The notes beneath the pieces were generated by a model. It was not told the origin of the DNA and searched no databases. It saw only the letters and a program-made list of their open reading frames with translations. From a candidate division Kazan bacterium GW2011_GWA1_50_15 (lineage in GTDB: Bacteria; Patescibacteriota; Kazan-3B-28), in contig CP011216.1 of the NCBI GenBank assembly GCA_001029795.1, forward strand, positions 279,128 to 343,127: DNA of 64,000 nt. Direction: 5' to 3'. How positions within the stretch are numbered: the first letter of the stretch is position 1; each line of letters opens with the position of its first letter. Position numbers and translations under genes: made by a program. Below, piece by piece: positions 40,245 through 48,296 of this stretch.

Positions 40245-40422
40245 CTCGTCAGGATGGACTCGACTTGACGCTATCCCGCCATCGTCTGCACACGGCGGGA
40301 TGCTTTTGGGTCTCGTCATCCTTCCTCTCAATCCGCCAACTGGCGGACACAAATAGTCGCTTGCACTCCTTAGTCCGCGAATTTGGGTTTGAGATCTAAC
40401 AAATTATTAATCCATTTCGGTC

Positions 40423-40497
40423 TGGAGCGGGTGAGGAGAGTCGAACTCCCGTCTCTACCTTGGCAAGGTAATATAATAACCGTTATACGACACCCGC
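40423..40497 (-). tRNA. tRNA-Gly (anticodon GCC)
   Basis: Acceptor GCGGGUG/CACCCGC, U73, anticodon loop UUGCCAA, T-loop UUCGACU, CCA encoded. Confidence 0.8.
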
Positions 40498-40499
40498 AT

Positions 40500-40574
40500 T
40501 GGTGCCGAGGGACAGAATCGGACTGTCAACACCACGCTCTTCAGGCGCGTGCTCTACCATTGAGCTACCTCGGC
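40500..40574 (-). tRNA. tRNA-Phe (anticodon GAA)
   Basis: Acceptor GCCGAGG/CCUCGGC, D-arm GCUCAAUGGUAGAGC, anticodon loop CUGAAGA, T-loop UCCGAUU, CCA encoded. Confidence 0.8.
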
Positions 40575-40605
40575 CCTACATCAACCATAATATAGTAAGT
40601 TGCTG

Positions 40606-40681
40606 TGGTGGACGATGCAGGATTCGAACCTGCGACACCTCGGATGTAAACCGAGTGCTCTAACCACTGAGCTAATCGTCC
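40606..40681 (-). tRNA. tRNA-Val (anticodon TAC)
   Basis: Acceptor GGACGAU/AUCGUCC, anticodon loop UUUACAU, T-loop UUCGAAU, CCA encoded. Confidence 0.85.
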
Positions 40682-40774
40682 AAATCTTATGCGGGGCAAT
40701 TCCCAACCGAGTGTTCCCCGCCCGACTGAACGATTCCAGTCGTTCGGACGGGTAACCAGCTGAGCTATGTGCCA
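40682..40774 (-). ncRNA. tRNA-like remnant: canonical tRNA 5' acceptor/D-arm (UGGCACAUAGCUCAGCUGGUUA) fused to two stable hairpins, with no T-arm or 3' acceptor
   Basis: It fills exactly the gap between tRNA-Leu(AAG) and tRNA-Val(TAC). The D-stem closing GAGC is replaced by a 12-bp hairpin (ccgacugaacga..ucguucggacgg) and a 6-bp GC hairpin (gcgggg..ccccgc). Confidence 0.4.
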
Positions 40775-40861
40775 TGGTGGACGAGAGAGGACTCGAACCT
40801 CCACGGGTTTTACCCCACAGCGCCCTTAACGCTGCGCGTATACCAATTTCGCCACTCGTCC
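40775..40861 (-). tRNA. tRNA-Leu with the unusual anticodon AAG (A34), class II
   Basis: Acceptor GGACGAG/CUCGUCC, 3-bp D stem, anticodon stem CAGCG/CGCUG with loop UUAAGGG (U33 then AAG, G37), long variable arm, T-loop UUCGAGU, CCA encoded. Confidence 0.7.
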
Positions 40862-42540
40862 TACTTAGTTTTAATATACCATTCCTGAATGTTGGCGAAC
40901 CGATCAGACAAAGATGAGAGATTAATCCGATCAGTTACCCCCTTCACCTTAGCGTCCACTAGATAAACATACCTAGGCTGATAAAGCAAGATGGCCGGCA
41001 CCAGATCGGCGAAAGCGGTCTGGAACTTGTGGTAGTTAGCGATGGTCTGATTCAAACTAGTGCTTACTCTGGCGGTCTCTAATGAGTTATCAATGTCCTT
41101 GTCGAACTCCACGGCTAGAGCTAAACCGGGGTCTTGGATCTGACTACTATGCCAATAGACGTAGGGATCGGAGTCGGTACCCAGGTCTTGACCAAAAATC
41201 AGCACTTCGTAGTCGCGTGGCCGGATCACCTCTTTGATTAGAGTAGCAGCGTCAAGCTGCTCTACCACAACATCAACCCCAATAGCTTTCCAGCTGCGCT
41301 GGAGAGATTCGGCGATCTGTTTGGACTGAGCATCATCGCGAACGACCATCCGAAAGTTTAGGCGAGTCCCGTTCTTGTCCAGGACCCCATCCCCGTCCGC
41401 ATCGACCCAGCCTGCTCGCTTTAAGACTTCGGCGGCCTTGGTAATACTAAAATCATATTTGGCAATATCTGGGTTATGCCCCCAGAAGCCCGGCAGGACC
41501 GGTGAATCAACCCGATCCGCCGCTCCCCCCTCGACCTGGTCGATGATCTGCTGTTTATTGACCGCGTAAGCCAGAGCCTGGCGCACCGTTTTATCTTTGA
41601 TAGCATTGTTGTCGTTCAGCTGGTTAAAGAAGATTGCCTTATACTGTGGCAAAGAATAGATGTAGCGCACATCGTTCGGGGTGAGATCACTGCCACTCGG
41701 GTCAATATCGATAAAACCAGCGGCGCTGACCGTCCGATTTTTGAAAGCGGCCAAGAGGCTCTTTTCGCTATCGAAGAAAAAGAAGACTAAGCGTTCAATG
41801 TAGGGGGCTTGACCGTAGTAGTGCTTGAACCGAGTTAAGGCGACTGACTCTCCGGGGCTATCTTTCTCTAGCCGGTAAGGCCCGGTCCCGATAATCTTGT
41901 CATCACCGTACGTGGTCTTGAACTCAGACACCGGAATGTCGCGGTAGATGTGTTGAGGAATAATAGGCAACGACATATCGTACAGAAAGAAAGCCGACGC
42001 GCTCGGCAATGTGAATCTAACCGTATAGTCATCGATCTTCTCCGCCCCTACCCCAGCAAATCCCGACTTCAACACACCACGATAATCATCGTTCTGCAAA
42101 ACGTTAATGGTGTAGACGACGTCATCGGCCGTAAATATCTCGTCGTCTTGCCAGAGCACATCGCGACGCAAATGGAAGACATAAGTCTTGCCCTGATCGC
42201 TGATATCCCAAGTCTCGGCCAGGTCGGGCAGCACTTCTCGGCCCGGACTGATACGAGTCAAGCCCGAGTAGACTAACCGAACTAGATCGCGATCAACGCT
42301 GTTGGTCTCTGCCAGTAACGGTTGGAGATAGCGCAGGGTACCAACTAGTCCTTCTACCTGTACGCCCCCACTGGTTGGTTGGCGCTCACCTATCCCCCCA
42401 GGATCGGCGGCCATAATGCCGCTCACCGCGATGACAGTAGCTAGACTTAAAAGCACCCAGCGCTCTGAACGACTGAATTTACGGCTCAACCGACCCAACC
42501 ACACGAATAATCGACCCAGAGCGGCCTGTAAACCGGCCAA
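40861..42540 (-). CDS. ABC transporter substrate-binding protein, family 5 (oligopeptide/dipeptide/nickel type)
   Basis: 559 aa; N-terminal signal/TM then an SBP_bac_5 core (LAETWDISDQGKTYVFHLRRDVLWQDDEIFTADDVVYT). Confidence 0.8.
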   Translation of the reverse strand: MAGLQAALGRLFVWLGRLSRKFSRSERWVLLSLATVIAVSGIMAADPGGIGERQPTSGGVQVEGLVGTLRYLQPLLAETNSVDRDLVRLVYSGLTRISPGREVLPDLAETWDISDQGKTYVFHLRRDVLWQDDEIFTADDVVYTINVLQNDDYRGVLKSGFAGVGAEKIDDYTVRFTLPSASAFFLYDMSLPIIPQHIYRDIPVSEFKTTYGDDKIIGTGPYRLEKDSPGESVALTRFKHYYGQAPYIERLVFFFFDSEKSLLAAFKNRTVSAAGFIDIDPSGSDLTPNDVRYIYSLPQYKAIFFNQLNDNNAIKDKTVRQALAYAVNKQQIIDQVEGGAADRVDSPVLPGFWGHNPDIAKYDFSITKAAEVLKRAGWVDADGDGVLDKNGTRLNFRMVVRDDAQSKQIAESLQRSWKAIGVDVVVEQLDAATLIKEVIRPRDYEVLIFGQDLGTDSDPYVYWHSSQIQDPGLALAVEFDKDIDNSLETARVSTSLNQTIANYHKFQTAFADLVPAILLYQPRYVYLVDAKVKGVTDRINLSSLSDRFANIQEWYIKTK

Positions 42541-42625
42541 CCGGATCAGGGCTGGATGGGCGCGGGAAGTTAATTTGGAACGTTGGACGATACGAATGGC
42601 GTTCTCCGATTACCTTTAAGGTGAA

Positions 42626-42847
42626 TTAAAGGAAAAGGACTACAAAAGACAAGAGAACAAAGACGACCGCCAGGCCAATCGTAATCAGATACAAGGTCTT
42701 CTCCGGACCGCGGCGATTGCCGTAGAAAACACCGCTGCCGCCAAAGGTTTCCCCCAGCCCGGTCCCCCGTGACTGCAACAGGACGGCGGCGACAAAGAGG
42801 ACGCCGACCAAAACCTGAATAATAATAAAAATCTTGGCTAGTGACAT
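42626..42847 (-). CDS. secG: Preprotein translocase subunit SecG
   Basis: 73 aa; two TM helices flanking LLQSRGTGLGETFGGSG, which resembles the SecG signature. Confidence 0.7.
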   Translation of the reverse strand: MSLAKIFIIIQVLVGVLFVAAVLLQSRGTGLGETFGGSGVFYGNRRGPEKTLYLITIGLAVVFVLLSFVVLFL

Positions 42848-42916
42848 AGATTTAGGTCTTAGAAGTCCTACTCATTCTAAGGAAAGACCCCCCAAAAGTA
42901 AAGGTATTCTCAAGGG

Positions 42917-42945
42917 CTTTACTTACCAAGTTTTTAGGGTATAAT
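42917..42945 (+). promoter_or_regulatory. Promoter candidate CTTTAC-17-TATAAT, 13 nt upstream of the bactofilin ATG (near-leaderless mRNA)
   Basis: TATAAT at 42940-42945 and a weak -35 at 42917-42922; ATG at 42959 with no SD. Confidence 0.4.
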
Positions 42946-42958
42946 TGGGTAGTTTTCT

Positions 42959-43384
42959 ATGAGTAAAACCAGGGCAGATTTTGCGGACTTTACTAACCCC
43001 GACACTATCGTCGGGGATGGTGTGATGGTGGATGGTACCCTGAAGACTGCGGGCGATATTCAGATCAATGGCCGGTTCAAAGGAAAACTGATCACTGACG
43101 GCGATGTGGTAGTTGGTGAACGAGCCCAGATCTTAGCTAACATCAATGCTCAAAACGTATATGTGGCTGGCGAGGTGGTTGGAAACATTAATGCGCTGGG
43201 CAAGCTAGAGATCATGGAGACCGGTTGCGTGGAGGGTGATGTCAGCAGCTCAGCACTGGCGATCGAGGCCGGCGGTGTGCTTAAGGGCAGCAGCGCCATG
43301 CACGACACCGAGCGAGAGAAACCGCAGGTCACGCCTACTTATGAAGTAGAAAGTTCCAGGGAACCGGTTGGGGTGGACGGATAA
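42959..43384 (+). CDS. Bactofilin (DUF583) polymer-forming cytoskeletal protein
   Basis: 141 aa; repetitive beta-helical G-rich pattern (IVGDGVMVDGTLKTAGDIQINGRFKGKLITDGDVVVGE...). Confidence 0.75.
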   Translation: MSKTRADFADFTNPDTIVGDGVMVDGTLKTAGDIQINGRFKGKLITDGDVVVGERAQILANINAQNVYVAGEVVGNINALGKLEIMETGCVEGDVSSSALAIEAGGVLKGSSAMHDTEREKPQVTPTYEVESSREPVGVDG

Positions 43385-43394
43385 CACTCGATCC

Positions 43395-44195
43395 ATGTAT
43401 CTCTTTCTTATTAATCCAGAAGCAGGTAATAGGAGGTTCGCTCGGGTCGAGCAACAGATGCATCGGCTATTAAAACGGTACGGCGTTAAGTACCGTTTTA
43501 TTATGATCGACAACTTAGATCGGGTAGCTGAACTGATCAAGCAAAACCTGAAAAGTACCGACCATGGTGTAGTGGCCGTTGGCGGCAACGCAACGGTCAA
43601 CGCAGTGATCAACGCGCTGGTTGGCGAGGATGTCCCGGTCGGGATCATCCCGATGAGCAAAACTAACCACCTGGCCTATAGTCTGGGGCTAAAACGTTTG
43701 CCGGCCGCAATCAAAGCCCTAGCCGAACATGATCTTCGGTCTGAGCGTTTAGGCAAGATCGGTCAGCACTACTTCGTCGGCAGTGTCGAAGTAGCCGCTC
43801 GGGCTAGTCTATTGACCCAATATCTCCGCAAAACTAATCCTTGGCTCAAGTTCTTGGGGTTGGCTAAACCCGTTACACCAGAGGATGGAACACCGACTTT
43901 GATCGAGCTGGATGACGAGGTTCAGGTCAAGAGCCGAGCCCATCGGCTTCAGATCCAATTGAACGGAGTAAACAACGACAAGAAGCTTAAACTTACCCTG
44001 TTCGCCTCCCCCAACCCTGACACGGCCAGCATTCTGCACAGTGACGCAGTGGCGATCGAAAGCGATATTAAGATGCCGGTGATCATCGGCAACGAGACGG
44101 TGGCGCACACACCAGTGGAGATTAAGGGACTGACCAAATACGTCCGCTTGATAGTTCCCAAAGAACCCAGATTGACCGCCACGGAGAGCTCATGA
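43395..44195 (+). CDS. Diacylglycerol/lipid kinase catalytic-domain protein (YegS/DagK-like)
   Basis: MYLFLINPEAGN...VAVGGNATVNAVINAL...GIIPMSKTNHLAYSLG. The track ORF start at 43368 overlaps bactofilin, so the start is placed at the Met at 43395. Confidence 0.7.
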   Translation: MYLFLINPEAGNRRFARVEQQMHRLLKRYGVKYRFIMIDNLDRVAELIKQNLKSTDHGVVAVGGNATVNAVINALVGEDVPVGIIPMSKTNHLAYSLGLKRLPAAIKALAEHDLRSERLGKIGQHYFVGSVEVAARASLLTQYLRKTNPWLKFLGLAKPVTPEDGTPTLIELDDEVQVKSRAHRLQIQLNGVNNDKKLKLTLFASPNPDTASILHSDAVAIESDIKMPVIIGNETVAHTPVEIKGLTKYVRLIVPKEPRLTATESS

Positions 44196-44210
44196 TAGCG
44201 TGGAATTAGA

Positions 44211-44750
44211 TTGAGAAGAATATCCAAACCCAGACCGCGTAGTTTTTCCATCCGAATTCGGGCCAATGAATGGATCCGAGTTCCGGAGGTTTTTTTGATC
44301 GATGAGGTTGGTACTGCTCGGGGTGTATTGCCGACCAGTGAGGCATTGAAACTGGCTCGCGCGGCCGAGCTGGACCTAGTGGAGGTCTCCCCTAACGCCA
44401 AACCGCCAGTGGCTAAGATATTAGATCTCGGCAAATATAAGTATGAACAGAGTAAGGCCCAGCAGCGCCAACGGCGCGGACAGAACGATGGAGCCGTCAA
44501 AGAAGTGCGCTTGAGCGTTAAGATCAACGACCACGATCTAGAGGTGAAGGCCAAGCGGGCAGAGAAGTTTTTGGAGGACGGCCACAAGGTCAAGGCTGGG
44601 ATCATGTTCAAGGGTAGAGAGATAGTCCACGCTCACCTGGGTGAGGCTCTGGTCAATCGTTTTATTGACAGGTTGTCAAAGGTGGCTAAAATAGAACAAG
44701 TGCCCACCAGACAAGGTCGGAGCATCCATACGATTTTATCTCCTAAGTAG
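44211..44750 (+). CDS. infC: Translation initiation factor IF-3; the track start is TTG at 44211, with an in-frame AUU at 44205 two codons upstream
   Basis: IRANEWIRVPEVFLIDEVGTARGVL...KEVRLSVKINDHDLEVK...IMFKGREIVH. Confidence 0.85.
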   Translation: MRRISKPRPRSFSIRIRANEWIRVPEVFLIDEVGTARGVLPTSEALKLARAAELDLVEVSPNAKPPVAKILDLGKYKYEQSKAQQRQRRGQNDGAVKEVRLSVKINDHDLEVKAKRAEKFLEDGHKVKAGIMFKGREIVHAHLGEALVNRFIDRLSKVAKIEQVPTRQGRSIHTILSPK

Positions 44751-44945
44751 ATGCCGAAATTAAAGGTTCATCAGGGTACAGCGAAACGGATCCGGATAAC
44801 CAAGAGCGGTAAGTTAAAGCGCCGCCAGGCGATGCAGGCCCACAAACTCACTAAAAAATCTGCCGCCCGCAAACGACGGTTGGCGCGGCCGGCTGATGTT
44901 ACTCGGGCGGACGAGGGTAGAATTAGGCGGCTACTAGGCCGCTAG
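44751..44945 (+). CDS. rpmI: 50S ribosomal protein L35
   Basis: MPKLKVHQGTAKRIRITKSGKLKRR. Confidence 0.9.
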   Translation: MPKLKVHQGTAKRIRITKSGKLKRRQAMQAHKLTKKSAARKRRLARPADVTRADEGRIRRLLGR

Positions 44946-44964
44946 ACAGAAAGGACTCAAACCG

Positions 44965-45309
44965 ATGCGCATAAAAAGAGGGACTACCGTTCGAGCCAAG
45001 CACAGAAAGCTGATCACTTCGGCCAAGGGTTTTCGGACGCTCCGGCGGACTAACGTCAAACGAGCTCGGGAGGCGATCTTAAAGGCAGGCCAGTACGCTT
45101 ATCGTGATCGTCGGAACAAGAAACGCAGCTTTAGATCGCTTTGGATCAATCGGATTAATTCGGCGCTGACGGGGATGGGGATCAAATATAACCGGTTCAT
45201 CAAAACGATGACTGATAAAAGTATCGAACTCGATCGCAAGATCTTAGCCCAACTAGCAGCCCAACACACCGATGTGTTTGAAAAGATAGCCCGAGAGATC
45301 AGCCAATAA
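44965..45309 (+). CDS. rplT: 50S ribosomal protein L20
   Basis: MRIKRGTTVRAKHRKLI...YRDRRNKKRSFRSLWI. Confidence 0.9.
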   Translation: MRIKRGTTVRAKHRKLITSAKGFRTLRRTNVKRAREAILKAGQYAYRDRRNKKRSFRSLWINRINSALTGMGIKYNRFIKTMTDKSIELDRKILAQLAAQHTDVFEKIAREISQ

Positions 45310-45324
45310 ACTAATACAGAAAAA

Positions 45325-45350
45325 GTCCCGCTCAAGTAGCGGGACTTTTA
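45325..45350. terminator. Bidirectional rho-independent terminator (ends infC-rpmI-rplT; also faces the 45366-45719 gene)
   Basis: gtcccgct-caagt-agcgggac flanked by aaaaa / tttta. Confidence 0.7.
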
Positions 45351-45365
45351 GTTGACCGGCCGGAT

Positions 45366-45719
45366 CTATCCAACCCCAACGGCTTCGCGCGGGGTGGGCT
45401 CCAGACAGCCCCATATGCCGGACTGAAAAGCTACGTAGCGTGATGAGTTGGCCGTAACCTGGATGCGATAGAGCCCGTCATCGGACCGGAGTTCGTTCAT
45501 CCGGCGAGACTCTTGAAGCTGCCTCGCTTCGGCCGCCGTCGGGGGCGGGAGTTCAGAGCTAATGGCCGCTAAGGCCTCCGACTTGGACCCCGCCATCACC
45601 ACGAAAGTGCGCCAGGAAAAGTACTCCCCGGCGGGAACGTTCGGCGACACGATCCCTCCATCGTAAGTAAACCGGTCAACTGTGATCACGAACAATGAAA
45701 GAGCAAACGGCATAAGCAA
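45366..45719 (-). CDS. Secreted hypothetical protein
   Basis: 117 aa; N-terminal signal peptide MLMPFALSLFVITV. Confidence 0.5.
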   Translation of the reverse strand: MLMPFALSLFVITVDRFTYDGGIVSPNVPAGEYFSWRTFVVMAGSKSEALAAISSELPPPTAAEARQLQESRRMNELRSDDGLYRIQVTANSSRYVAFQSGIWGCLEPTPREAVGVG

Positions 45720-45771
45720 TACCTCCTTGGGAAATAGCCGCGCTCAGTATGCCGAGTTTCGCTGTCCTAGT

Positions 45772-45812
45772 CAACCAAAACCAGATCCGCCCGGCCGAAG
45801 CCGGGCGGATCT
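45772..45812 (-). terminator. Terminator candidate after the 45829-46227 gene (13-bp GC stem)
   Basis: cagauccgcccgg-cuucgg-ccgggcggaucug followed by guuuugguu on the minus-strand RNA. Confidence 0.55.
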
Positions 45813-45828
45813 GATAATCAATCGCTGT

Positions 45829-46227
45829 CTAGTACATTGGCACGATCGTCTGCCAAAAGAAGATACCCAACAGAATAGCAACAATGCCGGCGAACATGGT
45901 CAGACCGCCCGCTTTGCAGTAGGTTTTCATCATTTTGGTCCCCATCTTTGGCCACCACATTAACCAGACTCCCTTAATGATAGCCGCCCAGCCTAGAAGC
46001 GGCATGACCCAGGCGTAGCCAGCCCAAGTGATGACGTAGCCGGTCCAGGCCAGAATGAGTACGCCAAAGGCTAATACCCACAACCCCCAGCTCCACACGA
46101 GAGCGGTCTCATCAGCAAAGTCGCCAATGACCTGACAGGTACCTTTATTATTGAAGGCAAGGGCAACGCCCAAAACCACTAGCCAGACCGCGAAGATCAT
46201 AGCAATAATTTCTAGAGTGCTTACCAC
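45829..46227 (-). CDS. Integral membrane protein (4 TM), unknown function
   Basis: 132-aa Trp-rich hydrophobic ORF. Confidence 0.55.
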   Translation of the reverse strand: MVSTLEIIAMIFAVWLVVLGVALAFNNKGTCQVIGDFADETALVWSWGLWVLAFGVLILAWTGYVITWAGYAWVMPLLGWAAIIKGVWLMWWPKMGTKMMKTYCKAGGLTMFAGIVAILLGIFFWQTIVPMY

Positions 46228-46238
46228 AGCAACCTCCG

Positions 46239-48296
46239 TCAGTTTACTTGTATAATATCGACCCCGACGCTCAGATCGGCATTTAGCTCCCCATTAAACA
46301 ATGGTTTGGTTTTAGTACCAGCTTCGTCAGCAATACCAAGTGCTGGCGACAGCTTCAGCACACTAACTAGTGTGGTATTGTTGGCTCCTGGCTGTTTCAT
46401 CACATCAAGCTGGTAGTGACTAGTAACTTTGTGAGGCAAACGGTAGTTCACCGTAACGGTCTGGCTCGCACCTGGCTGGGTGGTGAGCCAAAGCCCAAAA
46501 ATGGTTTTATCCCCTTCTTCGATTTGGTCTACCTCGGTGCCATAGTCTTCTCCATCAACCGATATGCGCAGACTACCTTGAGGCACATAGATACGGATGT
46601 AGTCCTTATTGGGACCATCGGGGAAAACATTAACGCCGGTGTGGGTATACTTAAGTTCCACTGACACCGTCACGTCTCCGGTCAGATTCACGTTGGCTGT
46701 GTGATGGATTTCCTCGGCTACTACTTGACTGCTTTTGCGTCCACCGAGATTAGATCTGACCACCGCCAGAAAATCTCCGCCAGTATCGACCGGGACCGTC
46801 CCGGCGACTTGGAGCTGTTCCATCACCGACTGCATTTTAGGACTTCTCATATACAACATCACGTCCTTAGACCCTAACCGAGCCAGGAGGGCCGAACTGA
46901 TCCGCTTCATCTCTTCGCCATTGGCATTTAAGAGTCGGCCTAGAAGTATCGGCGCAAACTCATTTAAGACTTCTTTGGGATTGGCTTTGTCTTTGTCGAT
47001 CAGTTCGATCTGCGCTTGGGTGGCAGTCACAAAGTTATCGGCGGTCAGGGTGAGATCCTTGCCGGCCAAATAGGTTGGTCCAAAGATAGTTAATAAATCT
47101 TTGATCGCCTCGGGATCAATAGCGATAATCCCATCGGCAGTGCCGCCGCCTGCTTCCTCATAGAGCTTTTGGAAAGTTTGAGCCGAGGTCGGGAAATCTA
47201 AGTACCAATTAGCGTCGCGGGTACCGAACGAGGATGTAATGGTCGTAAGCGGCGCCGGCAAAGGCAGTGAGGTGTTGGGGTTTTGACCGTCGATGCGCTG
47301 GGTCATATCGACTAACACGCTTTTGAGTTGACCTTTGTAAACTTCAACCAACATGTAACTCCCAACAAACCCACCGGTAGCTCGGAGTTCGTTATTGTTT
47401 TGATTCAATATCAAATATTGTCTAGGATTATTAAAACCTAGTGCGCCGGGGAGCTCTTTGGCCAGAGTCGCCAGAGTCATAACGGTCGCCTGGAGGGTGG
47501 CAGTTTTAGTTTGAGCGTCGGCGAGCGCTGTGGCATATGCTGGGTCGACTAGGGCTGGGTTAACCGACGCCAACAGAAGATTGGCACGCGAGACTTGGGT
47601 TAACACTCGGTCAAGATTTTGCGAGCTCTTCCCCATCAACCCAACGATCTGAGTTGCTAACTGCTGCGGCTGGTCATTAGCACTCTCTAACCCGTTAAAG
47701 TACTGCCAAGTTGGGGTGAGTGTGTCGACTAGGGTCCGCCCGGCTTGAGCTAGATTATAGCCGCTGTCGATCAGCTTCTGACCAGCGACTACTTTAGAGG
47801 TATCGCTGCCCAACCCAGACAGATAGAGGTTAGTCTGCCCAAGACCGAGAAGTTGTTTTTGGGCTGTGCCAAACAGATTTTCGGCAGCGATGAAGTTGTC
47901 ACGAGCGGCCGAGACATCTTGAGCTAAAACAGCCGCTGAAGCTGCTTCGAGCTTGCTCATCCCCCGACCTGCCAGTTCAGTGATTTGACCCTGGACGCTG
48001 CCCGCTGCTTGAGAGACTAGACCGCCGCCAACGTACAGGGCGATTGCCAGCACCGCTAAGATAGCCAAGCGCAGTCCCATCCACAGCCAAGACAGCGCTG
48101 GGGCCGATACGGCCGCTTCGCCGAAGCTCATGTCGAGCGTGGAGCGGGCGACCTTACGCGTCCGGACCGCCGGGGATAACCCAGGTTCACGAAAGCCCAC
48201 CCCCGAGGCGGTTTTTGGTTTGATGTAATAGTATCGCTTAGTCCCCTTTGGCATGAGCCGCTTGTTCAATGACCGCCAACGTCTGATGGGCAGCAT
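46239..48296 (-). CDS. DUF4012 domain protein (N-terminal TM, large extracytoplasmic domain); start uncertain (alternative Met at 48131)
   Basis: 685 aa; the core RQYLILNQNNNELRATGGFVGSY...DGIIAIDPEAIKDLL is diagnostic of DUF4012, which is often found beside polysaccharide/glycosylation genes. Confidence 0.75.
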   Translation of the reverse strand: MLPIRRWRSLNKRLMPKGTKRYYYIKPKTASGVGFREPGLSPAVRTRKVARSTLDMSFGEAAVSAPALSWLWMGLRLAILAVLAIALYVGGGLVSQAAGSVQGQITELAGRGMSKLEAASAAVLAQDVSAARDNFIAAENLFGTAQKQLLGLGQTNLYLSGLGSDTSKVVAGQKLIDSGYNLAQAGRTLVDTLTPTWQYFNGLESANDQPQQLATQIVGLMGKSSQNLDRVLTQVSRANLLLASVNPALVDPAYATALADAQTKTATLQATVMTLATLAKELPGALGFNNPRQYLILNQNNNELRATGGFVGSYMLVEVYKGQLKSVLVDMTQRIDGQNPNTSLPLPAPLTTITSSFGTRDANWYLDFPTSAQTFQKLYEEAGGGTADGIIAIDPEAIKDLLTIFGPTYLAGKDLTLTADNFVTATQAQIELIDKDKANPKEVLNEFAPILLGRLLNANGEEMKRISSALLARLGSKDVMLYMRSPKMQSVMEQLQVAGTVPVDTGGDFLAVVRSNLGGRKSSQVVAEEIHHTANVNLTGDVTVSVELKYTHTGVNVFPDGPNKDYIRIYVPQGSLRISVDGEDYGTEVDQIEEGDKTIFGLWLTTQPGASQTVTVNYRLPHKVTSHYQLDVMKQPGANNTTLVSVLKLSPALGIADEAGTKTKPLFNGELNADLSVGVDIIQVN

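Noticed and set aside
40245-40422. SRP (4.5S) RNA in the tRNA-array spacer
   Set aside because: Only a GAUGACG-like word and a GGAAG stretch resemble helix 8. The diagnostic GGAAGCAGCC/GNRA apical structure is missing. It is kept only as an unclassified structured spacer.
40245-40422. Hammerhead-like CUGACGAG word in the same spacer
   Set aside because: The conserved core is CUGAUGAG with a matching GAAA and cleavage-site context. The U-to-C change and the absence of the partner elements make a ribozyme unlikely.
46239-48296. Alternative, shorter start (Met at 48131) for the DUF4012 gene to avoid a 59-nt overlap with the downstream GT4 gene
   Set aside because: It cannot be decided from sequence. 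The longer form adds a basic cytoplasmic N-terminus before the TM helix, which is also plausible, so the track coordinates are kept with the uncertainty noted.
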